From Podarcis filfolensis (Eukaryota): a stretch of 64,000 bases of DNA. The position numbers were made by a program, and so were the translations under genes. Location of the stretch: NCBI GenBank assembly GCA_964270895.1, contig OZ185437.1; one strand, written 5' to 3'. The notes below the pieces were generated by a model that was not told where the DNA came from, ran no database searches, and was given only the letters and a program-made list of their open reading frames with translations. How positions within the stretch are numbered: the first letter of the stretch is position 1; each line of letters starts with the position of its first letter. Of this stretch, positions 39,127 to 52,925 are shown one piece after another.

Positions 39127-41334
39127 CCCAAAATCGGGTCACTGGCTCAGAAGTTCATTATGGTGCATTGAGACAGCAAGGATTGACAGTTCTTTTTACT
39201 TTTAGCAAATGTCTTGCAGTTTAAGGGCTAGAACTCATTTGAAAAGGTTGTGCTTTATTGCAGTCCCTTACAGTACCAATTCTGGAGAATGGATATAAAT
39301 ACTGTCTAAAGGCCTTTTGCTTTGAATTGTTGATCTTTGCCCCTAAACTTCGATCCTAACTGTGTAATCCTAGCTGCGAGATTTTTTTTGTTTTTAAATG
39401 AGTGTTTTGTTTCATTTTTAAAAGTGTTTTAAAGTTGAGTAGTTTTTGCTGATCTGTTGTTTGTTAGCAAAAGCTCCTTTGGGAGGGATAGAAAATAATA
39501 ATAGTAATAATAATAATTATTTATTATCCAGTGAAGTAGTCATAGAAATTGTGCCATTTTAAAATAATAATTGTGTATTATGTACATGAAAGGGGCCAGA
39601 TATTAATAATTTTTATTTTTCTGGGGGCAAATATGTGAAAATAGTGGATCTTGGTTGGGGGTGAAGTGTTTGTGGCCTTGCTAGAATAGAAATCTGGGGT
39701 ATGAGTGGGGAGAAAATGAATAAAGAGCAGGTGTAGAAATGGCAGTTTAGGTGATGAAAGGAGAAGCAGTGAGGGTTTGCTGGAAGGAGATAAAGCAGCA
39801 TAGAATATCAAGGAAGGCCTGGACACCATTAGCTCACCAGGCACACACAAGCTAGAATATGTTTAAGATTGAGAGCCTCTAGCTTAGGAGGCTTCCTGCT
39901 GTTCAAGTGGTCACCCTCCAACTCATGGAGAAGGATGAAGATAGCAGTGGGTAACAGAGCTAGCACACTCGGCCATGTGCCCCCCTACATTCACAGAACC
40001 AGAATATTATTATTAATTTATTTAATTTATATACAGCCCTATACCCGCAGGTCTCCTGCCAAGTAGTCAGGAGAATTTTACCACACATCATGTGGAACCT
40101 GAGTTGTTTGGCAGCCAGATTCCCATGTGGTTACATGTGCACTGTGGTAAGTTACCACTTTGTTTGGAGTTGTTTGTATCATATCTATGTTAGTAACAAA
40201 AGAGGAGACAGCTTTTTTGCTCAACCAGCTGTGATGTGTATTCACAACTCCATTGAAAAAAAAGGTTTCAAGGCCAGGCTCCACATGCCCAGATTGATCT
40301 TGCTCCGCCAAGACTGTGGCTGCGATAAACCAACAGAATACGCCTGGCTTAACCAAACAACCTTCTAAACTGGCGTCTCCTTTTACCCCTCTCCTTTTCC
40401 TTCCATTCAGTGGCTGTAAGCTGTTTGGCACTGACTGCTCCTTGGTGCTCCCTTTCTGTATTATGCAATTAAAATGCCCTGTTCATCCATGGTGCTATCT
40501 AATCTAACTCAGGCCATTTCTAGAGTCCCTGTTCTGTCATCACCATCTTTTGTTTGGCCCCATTTACAGAGAGTGTACTTTACTCAGCAGATAATTGGCT
40601 CATGCTGTGCCTGATAAAAGTATTTTCTTCTGCTTTGGATCAACTGACCTGGACAGAAGTCATAACTCACGGATATTTCTGTCTGTATCCATGGGAAGGG
40701 GACTGTGTTTGTTTATTTTCTCCTTTGCATTGGAGATATTGTTCACACTGGGTGCTTTTCTCCACATTTTCAATAGCTGTAACCAGCTGCGTGCCTTCAC
40801 ATTTTAGAGAAACGCCAGGCATTATAACCGGAGTGTCACCTAATGGTGTTTTGTCAGGAATTGTTGTCCTATTTCTAAGATTTGATTGGGCTGGCCATGA
40901 CTGGGATTGATGAAGCCTATGGTAGGAAGAGCACAAGAAATAGCCTTCACCTGCAGGCACAGTTGATGGATATTTTCTCCTGTCCTCCAAATGTATGTAG
41001 CTTCATCCAGAGAAGGGGGACGTGAAACAGACAGCCTACTCCACCCACTCAGCTGGGACCAACTGCCATTTGGTTCCTTCTCCTGCAACTGCCATCCATC
41101 AGCATCCTTTCCACCTGGCTGCAGCAGAGGGACAGGTGGGAAAGTGCTGCACACACTATCATCTCAGCTGAGAAACTAGCTGCCATTTGGCTGTTCCTCT
41201 CACAGGACTCATCGGTGGTCATTTCCAGCTGGTCTATTTTTTTTATATAAAAAAGATACAATTTTATGAAGAGTTTTTGCCTGGATTTTGCTTAGGTTTT
41301 CCTGTCTCCTCTCCTCCTCATTACTATAGGCAAG

Positions 41335-41472
41335 GACTGTGCTGTTGATAATCTTTGTACACCTCTAGTTGTTACTGGACTATAACTCTCATCATCCGTA
41401 GTCACTGGCCATGCTCGCTGGGACTGATGGGAGTTGTATTTCAGCAGCATCTGGAGGGCCAGAGGTTCTACA
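41335..41472. mobile_element. hAT-type palindromic MITE
   Basis: 'ggactataactctcatcatcc...ggccatgctcgctgggactgatgggagttgta...catctggagggccagaggtt'. Confidence 0.65.
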
Positions 41473-41748
41473 CACTTAATTTTAGGCACATTGGATAACC
41501 ACCCAAAATTAGACAAACTCGGAGTAGGCCTATTGCTTTAGTGCGTCTACTTTGAGTGTGTCTTAATTTTGTTATGTTTATAAACAGATCTGGATTCTGA
41601 GGCCTCACACAGCAGAAAACCAAAAACCCTCTTTGGTTTTGAAAGCGGTTGAACAGAAACTGCCAGCTCCCCCTGGCTAGCAAGGGAACAGGTTTGTTTG
41701 TAGTCTTTAAGATTGGGGCCTCCAGATGGGCAGGACTGCCACTATCTC

Positions 41749-41868
41749 ATGGGCGCCAAGGGGGGGGGCAGGAAGGCACAGCTGCCCCCCCATAAATAAA
41801 AATCAATAAAAATACATAACTAACTGAGGTTCTGCCCCCCCAACCAAAAATCCTGGCTACACCCATGC
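41749..41868. mobile_element. Short MITE with CATGGGCG(T)AGCC-like termini; related copy at ~56503-56654
   Basis: Left end 'catgggcgccaaggggg', right end 'aaatcctggctacacccatg'; both copies share 'gcagctgccc' and 'ggttctgc(a)cccc...aaatcctggcta'. Confidence 0.6.
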
Positions 41869-44143
41869 ACTAGCCTCAGAATTGTTAGTATGGGAAATAG
41901 GCTTAGAGCATAGTGTATTTCCCAAAAGTTACTGCTAAAGAGCATTTCCTCTTTTAGCCCCTGAAGAGAGAAGGAAAGCTACCCTGAAGATAGGGTGATG
42001 TGGCCTTAGAGATACTGCGGAGTCATGTGCTAAAGGAAGAGTCACAAGTGCAGCCCTTATTAGCTCCTGCAACTGTATTACAGACAGATGCTTATCAGTT
42101 CAGCACAGAAGATACATTGAGTCTCATGGTTAGGTTTTTCAGGGCTAGAAGGAAATAAGTGAGATAAAAAAACAAGACTGGAAGCTCTTCTGGTTGTTAT
42201 GTTTAGCTCATTACTTACTGGAAAGATAATATTTCCCTTAGCTGAACTTTCCTGTGAATTTAAGTTAACAGAAGCAGCCTCACATAGAGTTCATCAGAGT
42301 AATCTAATTAGAATTTTCCAGGGTATGAATGGCAAAAGCCAGATCTTTATGTTGTATGCAACCACTTTCTGAAGCTGCGATACCAGGCCAAGATGTGATC
42401 CCATGCCTTCAGAAGGGAGGGTCCTATTGGGACTCCATTGCTTACCTTTTCCTATTAACAGGCCATGAATATCTTTGTCTCATCAGGATGCAGCTTCAGT
42501 TTATTGGCTGGCCTGCTCCTCATACCGGTTATTTAATGAGCTTCAGTGGCTGGTAGTGGATCATTCTGAGTTTGTGTACATTGTAATAAATTAACATATG
42601 CAAAGGACTGATTCTCAGAATTTGTTTTTTGTTGGCTTTAGTTTTGTTTACTGCTAACTAAATTGGAAAGTCAGTTAACTTACTGGAGTTGATTTCAAGA
42701 ATGCTTGGCAGGTCTGTAGTAAGGTTGCCAAAATTGAGCAATTGCCTAATAAAACTTAATAGTATAGAGAAAAACTATTCCAAATTGCGCTTAATTTCTG
42801 CTCTTAATAATGTCATCTATATGTTTCCACAAAAGCCTATGCCATGATAAATTTGTTAGCCTTTATGGTGCCACAATTATTTCTCAGTGTCTAGCTGGCT
42901 CATAATTTATACTACAGATTTGTATTTCATATATTAGGATCAGATCACACTTCTAAGAGCCAAAATTAAGTACTATGAAACTGACAATGGACATGGCTAA
43001 TTTTTTTTTACAAGGATTCAGGAAATAATTTCTAGATGAAAGGAAATCAAGGCCCTAATTTCTGAAATACAGCTGGAACTATAGAAAGTTGAGATATTAG
43101 GAAAATACAGGCAAATAGCCCTGAGCTGTGGAAAGACATATAAAGATACTGTGCTTCTTAGTATGTCTGTATCACAGTTAGAGTAGACTTTAATAAAATT
43201 ATGCATGTAGGGCAAATAGCTCTGAGGTAGAGAGCTTTTTAAGGCTTGATGGCTGCATTTCCTAATAGATCACTTTCTGGGGGCCACAAGACAGTGGTGG
43301 GTGGAGCAATACATGTGGCTCTTAGCTTTGCAAGGTAGGCTATAGTCCATCCACCCAAAAGCCAGAGGTTCCTACTTGTACATCTCCTCATCCAAGCAAT
43401 CTAGAGGCATTATCACAGTACAAGGACATGTGTCACCTGGGCAAAAAAGGGGGGGTGTCAAGGTGTGGAGCAGTGAGGGTTGTGGCCTATAGAGAGTCCC
43501 AAGGGCCAGAGAAGCCTGGAGGGCTGAGGTTTCCCTACCCTGTATAGATGTTAGAATGTTCTTAACTCACATTGAAATCAATGGGAGATCAAAGTGGTTA
43601 ATAGTGAAATCACCATGTTGGGTTGCCTCAAACTACTCAGGACTTACTGGTAGCATTTTCCCTGAAAAAACTGAGAAATATCAACAATGTTTGTGTTGTT
43701 TATATTAATGTAAGTACAGGAAATACAACAATGCAGGTAAAGGAAAAACAAATAATGCCCACGTTTGCATGGAGAGAGAGATTCCTGTAGTAATTTTTAG
43801 GACTTTGCGGGGGGGGGGGTTTAGCCGTGTAGAAGAAAATCTTCATAGTTGTGAAACATGGCAAAACATGACAACCTTACATTACAAAAGCAGGAATTTA
43901 TAGTAGGAATCAAAACACGGAGTCAGATAGTCCAAAAGGTACATACAATATGGCTAGTATTTTATTTTTAAAGCTTTTTTCCCTTTTTTTTTAAAAAAAG
44001 CAAAGGTATCACTTCCTCAGTTATAGCTCTTCATTTACAGTTCTTAATTTCGGTTTCCATGGTCATGGATCAGCTCTTTTTTTTATCTTACCTTTTGTAA
44101 AGCTCTCTTGACTAGTAACCTGCTCACATTTGGTGCCTATAGC

Positions 44144-44278
44144 CAGTGCTGTTTTTCTAGCAAAAAAGGTGCTGGAACTCACCATGAACACCTTCCTTTT
44201 TCTCTTATAATGAAAATGGCACCCATCTAAGAGGTGCCAGAACTGAGTTCTGGTGAGTTCTGGCTGAAAAAAGCCCTG
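44144..44278. mobile_element. hAT MITE (135 bp) with perfect 8-bp TSD
   Basis: TIRs CAGTGCTGTTTTTC / GAAAAAAGCCCTG; CCTATAGC at 44136-44143 and 44279-44286. Confidence 0.88.
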
Positions 44279-45465
44279 CCTATAGCAATGATGCAGAAAA
44301 TGGTGTGTTTTCTGTTGCCATAAGTGAGAGAGCAAACATCCATTAACTCATGGCTAACTGCTGAAGAGGACAGGGCTCCTACAGCTTAAATGGTTGTGAA
44401 GAACAGGGGATTTCAGCAACTGTATCTTGCATGAAATCCCCTCTTCTACACAACTGTAAAAAGGGGAGTCTTGTGTTTTTGCATCTGGCCACCCTAATCA
44501 CCAGAGACAGTTCATTTTTAGAACTGAGTATAGCCAACCAGTAATTTAGCTAGGGGCAGCTAATGTGGTTCCCACCCACCACCCACAAAATGTTGAGACT
44601 GCAATTCCCATAATCCCCAGCCATAGTCCAACAGTATCTGGAGGCCACCATGTTGACTGTCACTGAGGTAGGTGGATACAGAGGCTGCAGTATTCCTTCT
44701 ATGTAAGCAGGAAGTAAAAAAACAACACAGACTACTTCAAAGATGGTAATTAACTGATATTTTGGTGAATTGTGGAGTTGCCCTTAGAAACCCTGTATCT
44801 AATATAATGATAACATTTTTTATACAATTTTTTTTTTAAGAATGAGAGCTTAATAGGAAGAAAGTAGCAGGGGACTGAGCAACTTAAGAGTTGGAATATT
44901 AAGGACCAGCTGAGGAGTTGAAAGTGCTGCAGCAGTGATACTTGTGGTTAAGTCTTTCCATGCTTTGTTCTGAAATGGCTGAGAGCAGTTTGGCAGCGCC
45001 ACTCTGGCCAAGAACTCTTTGTTCAGAAAGAAAGTTATGCTTTGTATTCCTAAATTGACGGGCAGCGTGTTTTTTATCTGTCCCAGTCAACCCAAAGCTG
45101 TTGCCTCAGTAGAAACTGTGAACGTTAAACAAAATTAAAGAATCCAACTCATTAATATAATATTTTAAAATTTAGTTTGTATAGATCTTTTTCAGGAGCA
45201 GTTCAGACTGCAATTGAAAACTAAAAACTTTCTACAGTTTCTACAGTTAAGACAACTTTTTGCTGTAGATTATGAGCCTGTTCCAGTGACCTTTAAGCAC
45301 TTTTAAGGCTTTTCAATTTCCATAGAAAAGTATATAGCATGTTAAAATCTCTTCCAGTGGAATAAATGGGATTCAAGCGTAGTAAACTTTGGCTGTCATT
45401 AAACTGAATGGTACTTACAGTATTCTCCTCAGTTGTTTTGCACCCAGCCAGAGGGATGCAGCAGG

Positions 45466-45597
45466 GAATCAGGCAGAGGGCCTTCTCGATAGTGGCGCCC
45501 TCCCTGTGGAATGCCCTCCCAACAAATGTCAAGCAGATAAATAACTATATACAACTTTTAGAAGACATCTGAAGGCAGCCCTGTACAGGAAAGTGCT
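45466..45597 (+). mobile_element. L2 fragment
   Basis: 'gggaatcaggcagagggccttctcgatagtggcgccctccctgtggaatgccctccc...ttttagaagacatctgaaggcagccctgt' matches the reverse complement of 22870-22990. Confidence 0.85.
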
Positions 45598-48113
45598 GCA
45601 CAGTCCTAAGATGTAAGATGGGATTTCTTATTGCTGGCTGAGACAGGAAAGAGAAAAATGCCCACCAGAGCTTAGGTCCCAAGGAGCCCCTGGGACTCTG
45701 TATTCTGCAGCTATTATATATACAATGTCAATATAGTGTCTTCTTTCAGACACAACGGAAAATTTAAGGTAATGTTGTTGCAAAACAAAAACTCTGCTTT
45801 CACTATACAGTAGAGGGGCTGAGAAAGTATTTTAATTAGCGCTGCAACTTATTTTAATTCCTTCCCATCCCAATTACTTACAGAAAAAACCATAAAAGAT
45901 CTCATTCACATCATCCAAGCTTGAATAATTAGTTCTGAAAGATTAAACTTTTGTTCTAGGGATTTACTGCCAAGATACAGTTGTTCAGCCAAAAAACAAA
46001 ACAAAAATCCCTTGGATACTCATTTATTTATTATTTTAAGAATATACAAGGGCTGTTTTTTGTTGTTGTTGTTTTTTAAAATCAATTTATTACATACAAA
46101 ACAAAGTGTGCAGGCAAGTGTGAAGAGAACAAGGCAAAACAAGGAATGGTTAAAATTTAGTAAGTTTCCAGCATGTTCCACCCCTGCACCCCCAGCTACC
46201 ATTTTCATAATTCAGCACTTTGGAATGGGCTGCTGTACTTTCAAAAATAGCCATCTAGCCTGTTTCACAACCCACAGATTGCTTGAATTGAAGGCAGTAT
46301 TCCTGTCCGGGCTCTTGTCACACTTTTAAAATGCATGTATGTGTGATTAGTAGTTTCAGGATGTGGTTGACACGTTCTGTTATTGTTAAACAATTGGGAG
46401 TCAGAAACCTTTCTCAAATCATTCACAAATTGTTCCGGTGATCTGTCAGTAGGCCCCAATCATTTCATGCTGGAGACACTGATGATTTCCCTTAAACCTG
46501 TTAGCCATGTGAAACCTACAGTGGCAAGAATGTACATTAGATTCATCTTCCACACACTACATACAGCCACACGTGTTAAGTGGCACATAGAAAGCTTAAT
46601 GTTTGTTTTAGATACCTTGCTGTTGCTGCTGTAAGGAAGGACTTATGAATGTTTTCGAAAGCCGACAACCCTATAGCTTGAAACCACTGAGTCTTACCCT
46701 TTTCTTGGTGCTTGGTGTGATAATACCCCCCCCCATAGTTTTCTTCCATAAATGCATTTAAATATTTGAAAAATTACCACTATATTTCCCCTTCATTTTC
46801 CTTCTGACCAATTTCCAAGGCAGGCAGATTAGAAGATCCAAGGGAAGGTGGAACGAGAGGACATCCGTTCCATATCCTTTAATCTAGTGTTGCTGGGTCT
46901 GCAGGCATAAAATTCCTCAAGCGAGTCCATTTCAGGAGGCAACAAAACTGCACTTAATTTAAGAGGAAAGATAATTAATGCAAACTGAGTAGAGCACCCA
47001 GTTTCTTTTTCCAGTACAGTAAAGTAGTGCAGTAGTACAGGAGGTACCTTGGGAACTGAAGATCGCTTTGAAAGCGCTAAATGGCTTGTTTGACAGGAAA
47101 ATGAAGGGTAGGGAGAAATAAAGTAATAAGGGGGAAGGTTTTCCTTACATTGGACTGTTGCAGAGTTTCCTTAAACGAAATGTGTAGTGGTTTTGTGATC
47201 TGTGAGAGGAAGGGCCTGGAGTTGTGGAAAATATTGGGGGGGGGGAGTGTTGTTGTTTTTGCTATGCAAAAAAAAAGCATCCATTTCTTTGAAAGTGTCC
47301 TTCGCAAATGGTGTAATAAACAACCTTATCACAATGAATCTTCTCTTTCTTTGCGTGCAGTTGTCACTAGAGATTTGTAACTCTTTTCTTGGTTCATTGT
47401 TCCCTGGCCAGTGTGTACTCTACATTCAGTGGTGCCAGAATTAAGATGAAGCCTGCCTGTTTCAATAAGGCCGCTTTGTTGTCAAAATGGCAATACTTGT
47501 ATAGAAATTGGATTGACTCCAACAGCGCTTGCACGATACACAGCAATACTATTGTCATGTGATCTCCTTTCTTACTTACAAACAGCCTTTTCTCAAAAGA
47601 GGTCCTTTTCCCTCTCCCTCCTCCCTAACCCAAATAAGGAGCGGAGGTGGGGAGGGGGAGTGGGGAACCATCCGCAAATTCATTCTGTGTGCATAACTTA
47701 GTTTTGAAACCAAGTCTGATGATTTGAGTAAAGTAACAAGATCAGATTAAGTTGCTGCTAAAGTAGGCCATAGATTCGTGTCAGTTTCATTTTATTGAAC
47801 GTTTGATGAACTTGAATCTGATCAGCCACGTGTTCTATCTAGGCCTGTGCAAGAAGACTTTGTGGATGTGTGGATATTTGCACATTAAAAATGTGCATAG
47901 AATAAGTTCCTGCCTGGGAAATAAAATGCAACCCATGTAGATAGCAGAAGTTTGGTCTCTTTTTCCCCAACACATATACCCAGTGCACATGATCATCACA
48001 TCCAGTTGTGCAGTACAGGTATTTCAGGCATATTCTGCTATGTGAACTGGCTCATACCATGTAGTACCTTCCCTTTGTCTATGTATATTTGCTAAAGAGA
48101 TGGTATCAGTTAA

Positions 48114-48250
48114 TTTCTAGAGGGTTGGCTATGTTAGACTGTTTCAGCAAAAACAACACAAACACTTGTGGCACCTCAAAGACTCACAAATTTATTGTGG
48201 CATAAGCCCTCCTGGACTACAGTCTGCTTCATCAGATTCATAAAGTGTTA
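48114..48250 (-). mobile_element. Penelope-like element 3' fragment
   Basis: 'ggctatgttagactgtttcagcaaaaac...ttgtggcacctcaaagactcacaaatttattgtggcataagc...cttcatcagattca' resembles reptile Penelope-like ends as I recall them. Confidence 0.7.
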
Positions 48251-51200
48251 TCCTGAGTTGCAGTTACATATATACTAAGCTACTAGGCTGCTGAGGGCAG
48301 ATTTTCCTGCAATGGTGAAAGCTGCAGTAATTCAGTGATAAGGACCTGTATGAACGTAATCAAGGTTGGCTCTGCAGCTTTCATGGAGTACTCAGTTGTT
48401 AAAAACACATTTCAACAGTCATATTGCATGTGTTTGAGAATCCTGGCTCAGTCAGTGCTCCTAGCACATGTGCATGGTTATTTAAAGGCCAAGGCCTTTA
48501 AATTTTCACTTCTACACATTTGCTGCCTGAAGTATGAGACTGACCACAATAGTAGCATCTGTAGGAGCAATATAATCACCACCCACTAATTGTAGCAACT
48601 GGGTATCCACAATCCACTTAAGCGGATTTTATATTATTTTTGATGGTCATGCTGATGGATTTGGGAGGAAACCAAATGAAAAGATGGCAGTTATTCAAAA
48701 GGACATTTCTCATTCATTGCTTTCACTCCTTGGGTTGAGAAGCTTTTCATCAGAATGCAGAATCTATGACGATTTTACAGATAAGGCCCATAATCAGAAA
48801 TAAACAATAACTTAAGTTCTCTGTTTACAGATCTCAACGTTCATTTGATTTTGTGTCCCAACGCAACAATTTTCAAGTAGTCTTCCATTGTTTGAAATTG
48901 GCCAAAACCTCGAAAGAGGGATATAACTAAATGAAAAGCTGCATTCTCCTGTTCTTGAAAATCTACATTCACATGAAAAGAAAGAAGAGAAAATCACTAG
49001 TCTCAAATCCTTGAAGTTCAGAGAATTGACTCAATATTTGTTACCTGTTATCTTAATGACAAATACTGCAAACAGAGGTCCACATAGGGCTGCAATTCTA
49101 GGTACCCTTGAATTTAGTGGAATGTATGAGTTTATGCTGCATGTGATACAGTTACTTTATAGCTAACATAATCCTGTTGAATGCAAATATACCATTCATA
49201 AAAGTGGTTTGCTGCAATTCAAAAAAGTTTTTAATATTTAAAATGGAAATTAAGCCATTATTGGATTTGCATACCATTTTTGGCAATATATGCCAAAATA
49301 AAGTTAAAGTCACAACACGTAAGAAGTTACAGGCTGAAAGCAAAACACATCATTCAAAAAGCTTTAGGAGGATCATGAAGCACTCTGTTTCCATCCATGT
49401 AAGATCTGTCAGACAGAGTTCACTCAGAATTGCTTACCTTTTTAATGTGAGCAGTATAAATGCCAAGTTGTGACTAATTACTGCTTGATGATCTTCTTTT
49501 AGAAGAATGACATGCGCGCACACAGAGGCAATTGGGGAATGAATTTTCGGTGGAAACGGAAGCTAAAAAAACAACATGTGTTTGGTTCAGTAACTTGTAC
49601 TGCAAGCAGTCCATATGCTAGCTTCTGTTTCTGTACTGCTAGACTGTAAACACACGGCTGCACTTTTGCAGTCCTGAATTGTGGCCTTTTACACACACAC
49701 ACATTGTGTGGTTTTTGTGTGTGCGCGCATGCACTTTTCTGCTTGTTTTTGTACAATAACTGTGCACTAGTAGAAGCTCAGACATTTGCTCATATGAGTC
49801 AGTAATCTAAGAATAAGAAGTACATTTTTAGGAAACATTGTGCTCTGTGATCAGTGTTTGTAAATCTTGGGGGATGAGAGGGGAAGGTGGTGCTTGACTC
49901 TGAAGCTTTCCGTTTGCTCTTGCTAAGGATTTATTTTAACAACTGAGCTATTGCACCTAGCAAAATTTTTAAACAAACAAACAAAAAATAATTGAGGGGG
50001 TTAGTAATAGGACCAGTGGCTAGCGTCTAAGAATATCCTCTGTCATCTCAAGTACATTCATTTTTTATTTATTTAAAGCATTTTTACCCTGCTCATAGGC
50101 TGAAGTAGTCCAAAATGACTTGCAAAGTGAATTAAGGAAAGAAAGAAATCCAGACACCATTTATTCAAGTTAAATAATGGTTATTAACTACATTCCAGTC
50201 CAGCTATAATAGAATTCCCATTTACACATGTTAACCTGTCCGAGTCCTTTCCCCTTTGGTTCTCAACACCCACCATCTTAAGACCCCTTCCGACTTGCCT
50301 CCAAAATCTATTCAGATGCAGATACAGAAACAACTCTGCCACACACATCTTACTGGCCTCAACACCATCTGAGTCTCCTTTTCTAACCACCAGAAACTAC
50401 CCACCATTCATTTCACACCCTCCTCCCCCACCCTTTAATGCAAATCAGGAACATTCATTCTGAATTGGGTTCAAATTACAGATTCCACATTCATTGATAC
50501 CCCCTCAGCTAACTTAAATGGAGGGAGCTGCTGGGAATCCTAGAATCCTAAAAGGATGAGGAAGGATGTCAGTTCCTTGTTTCAGAAATCTGTGACAGCA
50601 AAGCCACAAGCTCAATCCCAGCACAGGAGCAGGAGTCTCTCAGGGCTCTGCAAACTGACATTTGCTGCCACCAACCCCTCCTTTTCCTCTGAGCTTGAGG
50701 TGAGGAAAATTCTTATGGCTCCAAGTGAGTAATTTTAGTTATGGAGAGGAAGGGAGCAACCAACGCTGTCACTCCCAGGGGGAGTAGGGGAGCTCGCTTT
50801 CCTTGGTCAGAATCCCACTGACACACCCTTGCAGCATGAAGTGGAATGATTTGGACATGTGAGGGCAAAATGCCTGTTTTGCATCTAGCACAAGCACCTC
50901 AATGCCAATCTTAAGAGGTTTAGTGAAAGAAGGCTTAAGCAGGCAAAATGGTACAAGGTGCATGAAAGAAAACAAGGAAATATTTCAATGCTTTCTATCC
51001 CAATGTAGCTACAAACAGGTGACTAGTCTCCTCATGAGTAACGTCACATCTTGGATGTTCAGAGTGATGTATGCTGACAACATTCCAGCTTTCAAGGGCT
51101 ACTGACCCAGGTGGGCTCTGATTGACAAGTTGATTTTAAGTAGGTGACTCATGAGAAGGCCACATACTTCAGGAAAAGTTGCTTTAACACCTTTTGGGAA

Positions 51201-52084
51201 ATTGGAAAGTGGGCTCATTGTTAGAGTCTGCCAGATATATTCCTTCTTTCCTGCAAGTCAGAACTCATTCCTCAGCTTGTATATTAAGGGAAGACAGGAA
51301 GTCTTCATTTAAACACAGTGGAAGACTAGAGGCCCTGGGTGATCTTGAAGTGACAGGCTAGGTAGTGAGGGGGAACTAGATCAATGCATATAAATTTGGT
51401 CCTTTTTGAATGTATCTTATTTGCGCATGCAAATCTTAGCTCTGGTTGATGCGGTTAGGGAAGGCTGCTTTAGTGTGTCCAGATTGTGTCCCTCCGCAGA
51501 AGTGAATGTAGAATGGAACTAGCAGCGGTTGTGTGCATATTCATGTGCATGCACACAGGTGTCAGACCAAGCTCTGGGCAGAGGTGGCAAAAAGCCTCCC
51601 TGGCACTTGAGACTGACATGCCAGCACAGATCCTTAGGAGCGCATAGATTTATCCATGAGTCTTGTATCCCTTTAATTGCAGTGACATATTTACTATTTA
51701 TTTGCATTGCTGCACAAGTGATCCAGTTACTGTCTGTCGGAGTACTTGTGCTATATATTTATGTACCAAGAAGGTCATTGAAGCTTGTAGTTGCCAGAGT
51801 CAATTCAGCCAGACCTTTCGCCAGTCTATTCCTGTGCTCCTGACACTGTGCTTGCCTCTTAAAAACAAAGCAGCAGCAACGACTATTCTGCTAAGGCCGC
51901 CAAGTGCCATAGTTCCTCTTCCTCCTGTGGCTGCTGGAAGTATTGCTGGAGCTCTTGGAAGAGAAGGGGGACTTTATGAGTAGTTGCAACTTCTGTAAGA
52001 GCTGATGGGGAGTAACTAAGAGTGTAAGTGGCAAACGGAGTTCAGATTTTACTTCTGCACTGAGCTCAGTAGGCGGCCGTAGGG

Positions 52085-52200
52085 AAGGTGAATCAGCTTC
52101 CTATCTGCAAACTATGAACGATAATTTTGGACTATCTTACAGGGTTGTTGTAATGATAACTCTTATTATGTATGTTGAATGCAGTATGTGCCATAAAGCA
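52085..52200 (+). mobile_element. Decayed MIR/CORE-SINE 3' half, immediately abutting MITE copy C
   Basis: 'agcttcctatctgcaaa...atcttacagggttgttgtaatgataa...atgtatgttgaatgc'. Confidence 0.5.
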
Positions 52201-52359
52201 TGTACCGTATTTTTCGCACGATTGGACGCACCGGACCATAGGACGCACCTAGTTTTCAGGGGGGGAAATCAAGGAAAAAATATGATTCCCCCCCCCCCGC
52301 AGCTCTGGGAGCAGTGGACAGGCTGCACGCAGCCTGTGTGCTACTCCAAGACCTTCTCC

Positions 52360-52925
52360 CTGCTTTTGCGGGAGGTGCCGGAATTCCCCCACCTCCCGCA
52401 AAAGCCCACAGGAGCCCCGCGTGACTCCTGCGGGCTTTTCGACCAGGAGGGAGAAGGGACTGAAACGGCCAGTCAGTCCCTTCTCCCTCCTTGGGGAAAA
52501 GCCCCCAAGAGCGGCGCGCTCTTTAAAGGCTGCGCAGCTCTTGCAGGCTTTTCTGGAGGTGGGGGAATTCCCCCACCTCGCAGAAAAGCCTGCAAGAGCC
52601 GCACAGCCTTTAAAGAGCGCACGGCTTTTGCCTGCTTTTGCGGGAGGTGGGGGAATTCCCCCATCTCCCGCAAAAGCCCGCAGGAGGGAGAAGGGACTGA
52701 CTCGGCCAGTCAGTCCCTTCTCCCTCCTTGGGGAAAAGCCCCCAAGAGCTGCGCGCTCTTTAAAGGCTGTGTGGCTCTTGCAGGCTTTTCTGCGAGGTGG
52801 GGGAATTCCCCCACCTCCTAGAAAAGCCAGCAGAAGCCACGGAGCCCCTTTAAAGAGCGCGCGGCTTTTGCCTGCTTTTGCGGGAGGTGGGGGAATTCCC
52901 CCATCTCCCGCAAAAGCCCACAGGA
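52360..52925. repeat. ~240-bp tandem repeat (about 2.3 units) of palindromic modules inside MITE C
   Basis: 'caggagggagaagggactga' at 52444 and 52681; 'gggaggtgggggaattccccca(t)ctcccgcaaaagccc' at 52641 and 52881. Confidence 0.85.

Noticed and set aside
48805-48900. Strong-looking 3' splice site (ttctctgtttacag|ATCTC)
   Set aside because: No good downstream donor seen and no FOXO3-like coding sequence; such pseudo-acceptors are common in long introns.
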